Shown here: piece after piece, positions 49,857 through 57,539 of the stretch | Numbering within the stretch: the first letter of the stretch is position 1 | Layout: each line of letters opens with the position of its first letter | Source: Thainema sp. | GTDB lineage: Bacteria > Cyanobacteriota > Cyanobacteriia > Phormidesmidales > Phormidesmidaceae | Reading direction: 5' to 3' | NCBI GenBank assembly: GCA_052168235.1 | Contig: JBQLZK010000012.1 | Location: forward strand, 44,038 to 108,037 | Length of the DNA stretch: 64,000 nt | Program-made: the position numbers and the translations under genes | The notes under the pieces: model-generated | The model's input: only the letters and a program-made list of their open reading frames with translations | Databases searched by the model: none | What the model was told of the DNA's origin: nothing

Positions 49857-50768
49857 TTAAGAATCGGCTGGATTGCGCGATAAGGTTGCGCCGATGGCGG
49901 CCAGTGTGACCAGCGCGATCGCAACTACGGATCTCATGGTCAAGACCTCGTGTAGGAATAGAAGACCCACCAAAGCTGCGATCGCAGGTTCGATACTAAT
50001 CAACACGCCGAAGACGCGGGGCGGCATCCGCTTAAGGGCATTGAACTCCAGCGAGTAGGGGATGACAGTGCCCAGAACGGCCACGCCTAGCCCAATCAGC
50101 AAGGCTGGGGGACTGAGCAAGGCGGTACCCGCTTGCCCAATGCCAAACGGCAGCAGCAGCAAGGCGGCAATCGTCATCGCTAGCGTTAGGCCGACTTTGC
50201 CAGAAAAGGCTTGTCCCACGGCTCGCGACAGCAGGATATAGCCCGCCCAGCAGGCTCCCGCGATCAGCGCCAGGGCAACTCCAAGTGGGTCGAGCGTCAT
50301 GGAGTGTAGGGGATTGAACAGCAGTACCCCAGTGGTGGCTAAGCCAGCCCAGAGGAAATCGAGCCGCTGCCGTGAACCGAGAATTGCCACGCTCAGCGGT
50401 CCCAGGAATTCCAGCGTGGAGGCGACACCCAGGGGAATCCGGTCAATGGCGCTGTAGATGGCCAGGGACATGCTCGCCATTGTCAGTCCCATGAGGCCAA
50501 CCAGTAAATAGCTGCGGCGCGAGTAGTCCCAGCGATAGAACCGACAGGTGGCCAGCAGAAATAAAGCTGCGATCGCTTTATATAAAAATGAGGCTCCCAC
50601 CACGCCCAGCGTCTCGAACATGGACTTGGCAAAGACGGACGCGAGCTGAATGGCAAAGCTGGACAGCAGCACCAAACCGCTGGGCGGCATGGCTCCCGCT
50701 AGGCGCTGAAGAGTTTGAGCCGGACGGGTAACGGCGACCGACCAATCGGAACGAATGGGGTAAATCAC
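49857..50768 (-). CDS. EamA/DMT transporter, RhtA-like amino-acid exporter
   Basis: IPLGVASTLEFLGPL, WAGYIL, IPYSLE and FGVLISIEPA. Confidence 0.9.
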   Translation of the reverse strand: MIYPIRSDWSVAVTRPAQTLQRLAGAMPPSGLVLLSSFAIQLASVFAKSMFETLGVVGASFLYKAIAALFLLATCRFYRWDYSRRSYLLVGLMGLTMASMSLAIYSAIDRIPLGVASTLEFLGPLSVAILGSRQRLDFLWAGLATTGVLLFNPLHSMTLDPLGVALALIAGACWAGYILLSRAVGQAFSGKVGLTLAMTIAALLLLPFGIGQAGTALLSPPALLIGLGVAVLGTVIPYSLEFNALKRMPPRVFGVLISIEPAIAALVGLLFLHEVLTMRSVVAIALVTLAAIGATLSRNPADS

Positions 50769-50864
50769 GATAGATGTGCGGATAGGTTATTGCTTGGATT
50801 GATCATCATAGGATGTGGGGGGTGTTGGGAGATAGTGTTTAGGCAAGGGGTTTGAGGCTGTAGA

Positions 50865-50955
50865 GGGGAGTGGGGGAGTGGGGAGTAGGGGAGTAGGGAG
50901 TAGGGGAGTGGGAGAGGGAAAGAATGTGGGGAGTCGAGGGGGTAGGTGTGAGGGA
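50865..50955 (+). repeat. G-rich STRR-like repeat (GGGGAGT units)
   Basis: GGGGAGTGGGGGAGTGGGGAGTAGGGGAGTAGGGAGTAGGGGAGTGGG in a divergent intergenic region. Confidence 0.85.
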
Positions 50956-51018
50956 GCGGCTTGGATGGGTGAACGTTAGAATAATTTGGGTAGATTTACT
51001 GCTTTGTTTTCGACTCCT

Positions 51019-51939
51019 ATGACGCAAACTGCCGCGATCTCAGATTCTAATCCTAGTCCAAACTCCAATTCAGAAACCTATTGGACGTGGCGTGACCAGC
51101 CGATTCACTACGTCAAGGCGGGTTCGCGTGCTGACCGTCCGCCGCTGCTGCTGATTCATGGCTTTGGCGCTTCGACCGATCACTGGCGCAAGAATATTGC
51201 TCAGCTCCAGCATGAGTTTGAGGTGTGGGCGGTTGACCTGCTGGGCTTTGGACGTTCGGCTAAGCCGGACTGGCAATATAGCGGTGATGTCTGGCGCGAT
51301 CAGCTCCATGATTTTGTGCAGCATAAAATTGGTCGCCCGGCAGTGCTGGCGGGCAATTCGCTGGGCGGTTATGCCTCGCTTTGTGTGGCGGCACAGCGAC
51401 CGGAATCGGCGGCGGGTGTGGTGCTGCTGAATAGTGCTGGCCCGTTTTCGGAACCCGTCCCGGCTGGGGCGGAGGCGGAGCAGGTAGCGAAGTCGAATCC
51501 GCTCCAGCAGGCGGTTCGCATGTTTATGCTACAGCCGTTGCCAAGCTGGGTGCTGTTCCAGTACACGCGGCGGCGCTCGACGATTCGGCGGGTGCTGAAG
51601 CAGGTCTATCTGGACGAGTCGGCGGTGACCGATCAACTGGTGGAAGATATTTATCGGCCTTCCTGCGATCCGGGGGCGGCGCGGGTGTTTGCGTCGGTGT
51701 TTAAGTCGCCACGGGGCGAAACGGTGGACAAGCTGCTGGAGCAGTTGAAGCACCCGCTGCTGCTGCTCTGGGGCGAGGGTGACCCCTGGATGAATGCCCG
51801 CGATCGCGGTGTCAAGTTTCGCCAATATTATCCTGATCTAACGGAGCATTATCTCCAAGCGGGGCACTGTCCCCACGATGAGGTGCCGCATCAGGTGAAT
51901 GAGCTAATGACCCATTGGGTGCTGCAAAACTGTATGTAG
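51019..51939 (+). CDS. Alpha/beta fold hydrolase
   Basis: LIHGFGAS, DLLGFGRS, GNSLGG (Ser), WGEGDPW and AGHCPHDE. Confidence 0.93.
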   Translation: MTQTAAISDSNPSPNSNSETYWTWRDQPIHYVKAGSRADRPPLLLIHGFGASTDHWRKNIAQLQHEFEVWAVDLLGFGRSAKPDWQYSGDVWRDQLHDFVQHKIGRPAVLAGNSLGGYASLCVAAQRPESAAGVVLLNSAGPFSEPVPAGAEAEQVAKSNPLQQAVRMFMLQPLPSWVLFQYTRRRSTIRRVLKQVYLDESAVTDQLVEDIYRPSCDPGAARVFASVFKSPRGETVDKLLEQLKHPLLLLWGEGDPWMNARDRGVKFRQYYPDLTEHYLQAGHCPHDEVPHQVNELMTHWVLQNCM

Positions 51940-51973
51940 GTTTGAGCCAATTTCACGTTAAGGGGCGACCATT

Positions 51974-52588
51974 ATGGTGCGATCGCAAGTTAGTAGCCCG
52001 ATGAGTTTTGAGGCGTTCTTGGCATGGTATCCAGAGAATGGTCGCTGCTATGAATTAATTGAGGGGGTAGTTGTTGAAGTGTTACCAACAGGCCCCCATG
52101 AAGATGTCGCTGGCTTTTTGGCGGCGGAGCTAAATTTTGAAATTCGGCGTAGTCAGTCGCCCTACTCGATTCCGCGCACCTGCCTGATTAAGCCGCAAGC
52201 GGAGGGTTCGGGGTATGTGCCGGATGTGGTTGTTCTGAATCGCGAGATGTTACCGCAAGAACCGCTATGGCCAACAGCTTCAGTGATTCAGTCGGGTGCA
52301 ACGATACCGCTGGTAATTGAGGTGGTGAGCACAAACTGGCGCGATGATTATGGTCATAAGCTGGTTGAGTATGAGGCAATGGGGATTGCTGAGTATTGGC
52401 TGGTGGATTTTCGCGCTCTGGGCGCGGTGCGGCATATTGGCAAACCGAAACAGCCCACGATTACGATCTGCCAGCTTGAAGACAATGAGTACCAAATGCG
52501 GCGATATGTGGCTGGGGATAAGCTCGTTTCAGGTGTATTTCCTCAGCTTGATTTGAGTGTTGATACAGTGTTTGCCGCTGCGGGTTGA
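51974..52588 (+). CDS. Uma2 family (DUF820) endonuclease-fold protein
   Basis: YELIEG, PDVVV, LVIEVVSTNWRDDY..K..EY...GIAEYWLVD. Confidence 0.92.
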   Translation: MVRSQVSSPMSFEAFLAWYPENGRCYELIEGVVVEVLPTGPHEDVAGFLAAELNFEIRRSQSPYSIPRTCLIKPQAEGSGYVPDVVVLNREMLPQEPLWPTASVIQSGATIPLVIEVVSTNWRDDYGHKLVEYEAMGIAEYWLVDFRALGAVRHIGKPKQPTITICQLEDNEYQMRRYVAGDKLVSGVFPQLDLSVDTVFAAAG

Positions 52589-52629
52589 ATTAGACTTGCG
52601 ATCGCACTTAATTTTAGGGTGAGTAAAAT

Positions 52630-52774
52630 TAGTTGTTGTTGGTTGCTCTTGGTCAACCCAACTTACAATATTTGCGTTGCTTACTCTGAAAAAATATTCT
52701 GTATCTGATAGAAAATAATCTGAAATTGTGTTGAGGTCTTTGCTGGCGGGAACAGTAATTCGCAGAGATTTCAT
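52630..52774 (-). pseudogene. Truncated ParE/RelE toxin
   Basis: MKSLRITVPASKDLNTISDYFL is a ParE-type N-terminus overlapping the antitoxin stop (ATGA); resemblance is lost after about 22 codons. Confidence 0.7.
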
Positions 52775-53058
52775 TCGACGGCTCTAGCTGCTTCAACTTT
52801 ATTGCGTAATTGGCTGATTACATCATCCGCAGATAAAGTGTTGCCTTGCTCCGCAGCCTGTATTCCAGCGTCGATCTTGAGACGAGTTTGTTCCACCCAG
52901 TCTAAATAGTCTGGGCTTACATCGGGGGCATGTTGATTAATCTCGTCGGCAAGCAAGATCAACGCGGTGTCGATGGCGTCTCCCAGGGATGCATATCCGC
53001 CTTGCTGTGAGAGAAGTTCAAGAATCTTGGTTTGCTGGGTACTGAGGGTGATTTGCAT
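52771..53058 (-). CDS. ParD-like type II antitoxin
   Basis: MQITLS...GGYAS..DAIDTAL.LL...TRLKIDAGIQAAEQG...DDVISQLR; coupled to a parE-like start. Confidence 0.8.
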   Translation of the reverse strand: MQITLSTQQTKILELLSQQGGYASLGDAIDTALILLADEINQHAPDVSPDYLDWVEQTRLKIDAGIQAAEQGNTLSADDVISQLRNKVEAARAVE

Positions 53059-53401
53059 ATTTGGCCAAGAACGTAACGCAATGAATCTCGATCTCAGTTT
53101 AGCTCTGCCACTGTGCTCCGCGCAGAGTTGAACCATTCAAAGTAAAGATAAAGATCGCCCTTAATCGTTTGGGTGAGTAAAATAGATGGCTGACAGGCGT
53201 TGTTTGTCAAGCCAGTTTGAGGGGTTTGCGATCTCACTTCTTTTTGGGTGTGTAGAGCCCTATTAGATAGCTGGTGAACTAAGTTGATTGTGAACAGGTC
53301 ACCCTGCCCACAATTAACTTAAGGTTGTTATGAAATAGATTCTTGTTAGTTTTGGCGGAAGCATCTAACATCTAAAATTGAGGATATTTTCGGAGAACTG
53401 A

Positions 53402-54673
53402 GTGAAAGGCAAACAGCTTAGTGAGCTTTCATATGATGTTCAAACTGGATTGGGTAGGATCGATGTTCCAGATTTTGATCAAATGCGCATCATGGGCATG
53501 GCTGCATTGTTGGCCATCCATATTCGTGGGTTGGGAGAAATAGATTATGAAGTTCTTCGAAAAGTAAGTGATCACTACTTCAATATTCCATCTTCTGCTT
53601 TGAAAGAAGTGGTAAGCATACTTGGGGAAATTGAGTATATTCAAATTATTAAGACAGGAAAGTCAATCACGTCCATCATCCCTGATGTTCCTAGATTCCA
53701 GGACATTTATGAGGGGGTTGGAGAGTATTTTTCATTCTCAGATCTGAATGAGTGTGAACAAGGCACTCTGTTAATCTTGTCTGAGCTACAGAATAAGCCA
53801 GAAAACAAGGATAGGCTGAGAAATGCTATTGGAATAGAAAATAAGTTACTAAGTCGGTGCCTAGATATAGGACAGAATGGCAACTATATAAAATCTTTTA
53901 GAGCTAGAGGTAAGGATATAATAGCTAGCCCATTTTATTTTGCTGACAATCTAGAGTCTCTTATTGATGTTGCAGCAAAAAGCGGTGGCTCTGATATTCA
54001 GAGAGTGTTAGAAATTGTAAAAAATAACCAAGGATGGCCGCTATCTTTGGTAGAGAAAAATCTTGAGATTGGGGGAACAAGATTAACCCAAACCCAGAAA
54101 GATTTGCTTCTATATCTTTGTAGCGAAAGCATTTTAAAGCCACCCTCTCTTAAGTTTGGAAACAATAAGGAAACATTTGTTTTTACTCCAGCCCCTGGAG
54201 CATCACGCCTCAATTCAGCTAACCGTGAAATATACGAGCGAGCAATGGCTTTAATTTCTTGTGTAAGGAAAGGGCAGCTTTTAGCTGAAAAATATAAGAT
54301 AAGGATGCCTCTCAGATTGCTGGAGGCGCTAAAGGAGAAAGGTTATCTGAAGTCTAATTCAGAAGCAGCGGTTCAGTATAGAGAACTTATCTTTTTAAGA
54401 GTAGGAAAACTGAGACAAGCAACATCTGATCGCTGCCAGTTTCATTTGATTAAGACAGATGAAAACTTGGAAGCCTTAAGCCTGGCAATAAACCTCTTAA
54501 AGACGGGAGAGTTATCTAATCTTGAGGTTGATCAAGAAGCTAGATTAGCTCTATCGAAAAACGATGAATATATTCAATCTGTAATTTCAGCTGCTGAACT
54601 AAAGGAAAGACAAAGAAGCCCAATCAACGAAGAAGCTGCTCAGCAATTTGAACAAATGATACTTGCTTGGTAA
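53402..54673 (+). CDS. Hypothetical protein, 423 aa, AT-rich, possibly several winged-helix-like segments
   Basis: Long ORF with GGAG RBS and GTG start; no family recognised. Confidence 0.8.
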   Translation: MKGKQLSELSYDVQTGLGRIDVPDFDQMRIMGMAALLAIHIRGLGEIDYEVLRKVSDHYFNIPSSALKEVVSILGEIEYIQIIKTGKSITSIIPDVPRFQDIYEGVGEYFSFSDLNECEQGTLLILSELQNKPENKDRLRNAIGIENKLLSRCLDIGQNGNYIKSFRARGKDIIASPFYFADNLESLIDVAAKSGGSDIQRVLEIVKNNQGWPLSLVEKNLEIGGTRLTQTQKDLLLYLCSESILKPPSLKFGNNKETFVFTPAPGASRLNSANREIYERAMALISCVRKGQLLAEKYKIRMPLRLLEALKEKGYLKSNSEAAVQYRELIFLRVGKLRQATSDRCQFHLIKTDENLEALSLAINLLKTGELSNLEVDQEARLALSKNDEYIQSVISAAELKERQRSPINEEAAQQFEQMILAW

Positions 54674-54678
54674 TAATA

Positions 54679-55785
54679 ATGAGTAGTCTTGACCGAGATA
54701 TCCATCAAAAAGAGAGTGCAATAAGATTTTGCCTCTTAGCCAATTATCTGCCATTTTTAGAGGTAATAGTCAAGAATCAAAGAGAGCTTTCTGATATTTC
54801 GACGACGCTAACAGATATAGATGTCCTTGGTATTTCTATAGATATAAGTGGTGTAAGAAGACGCATAATATTTGACTGTAAAACAGTTAATGTAAGCCCA
54901 ATCAATAGGGCTTTCTGGGCTGGAGGATTGATGAGATATGCATCTTGCGATGAGGCTTATGTGATTCTAAAGAAAAGAGCGTCAGAAGCGCACAGATTGT
55001 CGGCTAGATGTATCAATGTACATTTGTTTGATGAAAAGCAATTCGCCAATTATTCTGAGTCTTACTCGTTAGATTTTAATCTGGATTACTGTTATTCAAC
55101 AGACATAAATGTTTGGATGAATTACACTCAGTTGTTCGCCCGTAGAGACTTCTTTGAAAAACTCGGGGCTTTCTTGAATAGTGAAGTGGCTATGGAGCTG
55201 GATGCTCCACGAGGCATTAGACGTCTTCTTGCTGCTCTCAAAAAAGGAAAAGGAGAATTCAATCCCGAGAAGGCAGGACATCAAGCTATTTTCTATCATT
55301 CTGTAATGGTATTCTCATTTTTCATGTCTCAAGTAATTCAAGATTTAAAGAACGTTGTAGATTATGATGCCAATCAGGAGGATTTTGAAGGCTATTTAAA
55401 GTACTACATTTGGGGCGGCAAAGAATCATTTAAGCAGCGACAGGAAATGAAATCTTTTTTCTCGGAAGCTTATCAGACTCCTTCGGCTTTGAATCTTGAA
55501 ATACCAAACTGGGATTTGTTTTTGGAATTAGCCAGAAAACTTTTAGATTCGCCCACAGATGTATTCAAAGCTTGCTTTCCAATGAGAGAAATTTCTTTTA
55601 GAAGTATTTCAGATCGAACTCATCAAAAAGAGCTATACCTTGCAAAGTCTATTGAAGAAAATTCTAGAATTCGGCAATTTCTAACTTCTCAAGCAAGATA
55701 TTTAGTGAAAGCAACAGGGTTGCCACATGATTTTGAAGTCAATTTATCTAATGTTTTTGATGAGCTTAAACAAAAATCGGCATGA
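54679..55785 (+). CDS. Hypothetical protein with an N-terminal PD-(D/E)xK-like nuclease motif
   Basis: EV....TDIDVLG...IIFDCKT; ATG 5 bp after the upstream stop. The nuclease call rests on the motif only. Confidence 0.7.
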   Translation: MSSLDRDIHQKESAIRFCLLANYLPFLEVIVKNQRELSDISTTLTDIDVLGISIDISGVRRRIIFDCKTVNVSPINRAFWAGGLMRYASCDEAYVILKKRASEAHRLSARCINVHLFDEKQFANYSESYSLDFNLDYCYSTDINVWMNYTQLFARRDFFEKLGAFLNSEVAMELDAPRGIRRLLAALKKGKGEFNPEKAGHQAIFYHSVMVFSFFMSQVIQDLKNVVDYDANQEDFEGYLKYYIWGGKESFKQRQEMKSFFSEAYQTPSALNLEIPNWDLFLELARKLLDSPTDVFKACFPMREISFRSISDRTHQKELYLAKSIEENSRIRQFLTSQARYLVKATGLPHDFEVNLSNVFDELKQKSA

Positions 55786-55950
55786 TCGCACTCTTGTGTT
55801 AAAACATTTTGTCATCAATCAATGCGTTACCGCTAATGCACAATACGTTCTATAAAACTTGAGTTCGCACCTTAACCATCTGTAATCGCATCCGATACAT
55901 CTGCGATCGCAGTTTTCCGGTTTCTGGAGTGGAGAAGTGCGATCGCATTC

Positions 55951-56202
55951 ACGACCTCTGTAATCCCATCCGACCTCTCTGTTGTTGCTGCAGAGAAGTG
56001 TGATCTTGCAACAGACTTCTCTGTTGTTGTTCCAGACTTCCCTGTTGTTATTGCAGACCTCTCTGTTGTTGTTGCAGAGGAGTCTGATCTGGCAACAGAG
56101 ATCCCTGCAACGCTTCCCGACAAGTCTGTAGCTGCAACAGAGAAGTCTACAACGCTTCCCGACATCTCTGTAGCCCTTTCTCAAGCTTGTGTTGTGAAAC
56201 TG
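55951..56202. repeat. Degenerate 21-bp tandem array (about 11-12 units) bracketed by HIP1 sites
   Basis: Exact 21-nt register at 55972, 55993, 56014 ... 56161 (e.g. GACCTCTCTGTTGTTGTTGCA, GAGAAGTCTACAACGCTTCCC); HIP1 at 55939 and 56217. Confidence 0.9.
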
Positions 56203-56255
56203 CAATTCGCAAAAGCGCGATCGCACCTCACCGCGTTTCTGTCAGTGAATTTAGA

Positions 56256-56284
56256 TTGACTCCACAGGCCAGATCCCGTACTGT
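56256..56284 (+). promoter_or_regulatory. Sigma70-type promoter candidate
   Basis: TTGACT-N17-TACTGT upstream of the structured leader and the 56521 ORF. Confidence 0.55.
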
Positions 56285-56334
56285 GAAACGTTAAGTTGCC
56301 GTGCAACTATCACCTGCACTCGGCAACTGGATAC

Positions 56335-56416
56335 CAAAAATCTAGTCAGCGCGACCCAGAATTGATTGCAGCAACTCTGAGCCGCTAACCCCAACGTTGG
56401 TCTAGCAACGCAGGGC
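56335..56416 (-). ncRNA. Candidate cis-antisense small RNA of about 80 nt
   Basis: Minus-strand TATAAT at 56424-56429, then a hairpin (56344-56389) followed by TTTTT on the minus strand; inferred only. Confidence 0.3.
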
Positions 56417-56520
56417 TCAGGAGATTATAACCCTCCTGTAGCCCCCCTGCTTTGCGCTTCAAATCGCGGGGGGGCTAGATTTTTGGCTTTCCTCTCGAAA
56501 GTCAAAAACAGGAGAAAACA

Positions 56521-56802
56521 ATGACATACTTAATCTCTGGTGCTGCCTCCGATGCAGCGCCACAGTCCGGTGCGCCTAATCCCAACAGCTCACAGCGTAA
56601 CGGTCGCCATCCCCTGCGGATTATCCTGCTCGGCACCCGCCCCGACATCATCATCACCGTCAAAAACCTGCATCGACGCGGCTTTGCCGAAGCCAACGAG
56701 TGGAGCCAGCCCATTCCCTGTCCCAGTGCTGGCGACGTGGCGCGGCTCCTGCCTCGTCACCCCGAGGATCAGCTCAGCATCCTGACTCGCTATCTGAGCT
56801 GA
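56521..56802 (+). CDS. Small cyanobacterial hypothetical protein
   Basis: AGGAG RBS; LRIILLG...LHRRGFAEANEWSQPIP...SILTR pattern resembles a widespread cyanobacterial small-protein family. Confidence 0.8.
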   Translation: MTYLISGAASDAAPQSGAPNPNSSQRNGRHPLRIILLGTRPDIIITVKNLHRRGFAEANEWSQPIPCPSAGDVARLLPRHPEDQLSILTRYLS

Positions 56803-56804
56803 TT

Positions 56805-56893
56805 GCCCTCACCCTAAATCCCTCTCCCACAGGAAAGGAAATTCCGATCCGGCTCCTCTTCTCCTGCGGGAGAAGGGGCTGGGGGATGAGGGC
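56805..56893. repeat. Cyanobacterial CCCTCACCC...GGGGATGAGGG REP-like element
   Basis: GCCCTCACCCTAAATCCCTCTCCC ... GGGAGAAGGGGCTGGGGGATGAGGGC. Confidence 0.8.
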
Positions 56894-57091
56894 CAACGAT
56901 TTGTCGGTGCAACAAGTGCGATCGCACTATAATCCTCAATCAGCAAGCTGTTCAAGGGAAAAACTCTACGGCATTCCAACTCGGACAAATAAGGAATACC
57001 AACGAAATCCCCCATGTGCGTAGGGAGATTTAGCTCTATAGGACTGGATATTGTAAAAACAGCTAATATCCACACTTTGAGAGGATTCACG

Positions 57092-57250
57092 ATGCTGAAC
57101 GTATTCAAGCCTAAGTCCAAATCTGCTCAGGTCAAGCCTTCGCTTGAGCAAAATAGCTGTTTAGTTGAAGAGATTTCTGAAACTGAGCAAAGCGTAGTCT
57201 CAGGTGGCCACCATAACAAGTTTTTAGGAGAGTGGATTAGATACGCTTAA
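57092..57250 (+). CDS. Putative double-glycine leader peptide precursor, 52 aa
   Basis: GAGAGG RBS; VEEISETEQSVVSGG followed by the core HHNKFLGEWIRYA. Confidence 0.65.
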   Translation: MLNVFKPKSKSAQVKPSLEQNSCLVEEISETEQSVVSGGHHNKFLGEWIRYA

Positions 57251-57377
57251 TTACAGCACCGCGATTTAGTGATTTTTCGTTGCCTCTAGTAGTCTATTGA
57301 CTGCTGGGGGCAGCACCGATCTTGAGTATGTGCGATCGCATCAAGAAGCGTAGATTTCGTACGGTGAAGTTCTTGGC

Positions 57378-57405
57378 GTAGGGACACGGCGCGCCGTGTT
57401 CCTAC
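57378..57405. repeat. GTAG-type REP-like element
   Basis: GTAGGGACACGGCGCGCCGTGTTCCTAC. Confidence 0.8.
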
Positions 57406-57539
57406 AGGTGGGATGATTCACAGGTTATTTAATTCACTATTCTAAACAGAACTCCGTTTCCAGTGGGGAGTCGTTTCTAACCTGCGAAAGTCGTTCTAGA
57501 TAACGCCCCTACATAAGATCGGGACAATAGATTGAAACA

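Larger units (their letters stand above)
52598..53257 (+). repeat. Three copies of a ~31-bp HIP1-anchored direct repeat (52598-52629, 53153-53183, 53228-53257)
   Basis: GATCGCACTTAATTTTAGGGTGAGTAAAAT, GATCGCCCTTAATCGTTTGGGTGAGTAAAAT and GATCTCACTTCTTTTTGGGTGTGTAGAG. Confidence 0.7.

Noticed and set aside
55951..56202. CRISPR array or DGR template repeat interpretation of the 21-bp array
   Set aside because: No invariant repeat with unique spacers and no cas genes. AAC-rich codons occur on the minus strand, but there is no reverse transcriptase and no matching variable repeat in the window.
55819..56226. 135-aa Cys-rich and 97-aa minus-strand ORFs as genes
   Set aside because: Openness follows from the repeat and there is no clear RBS; kept only as one hypothesis under the array finding.
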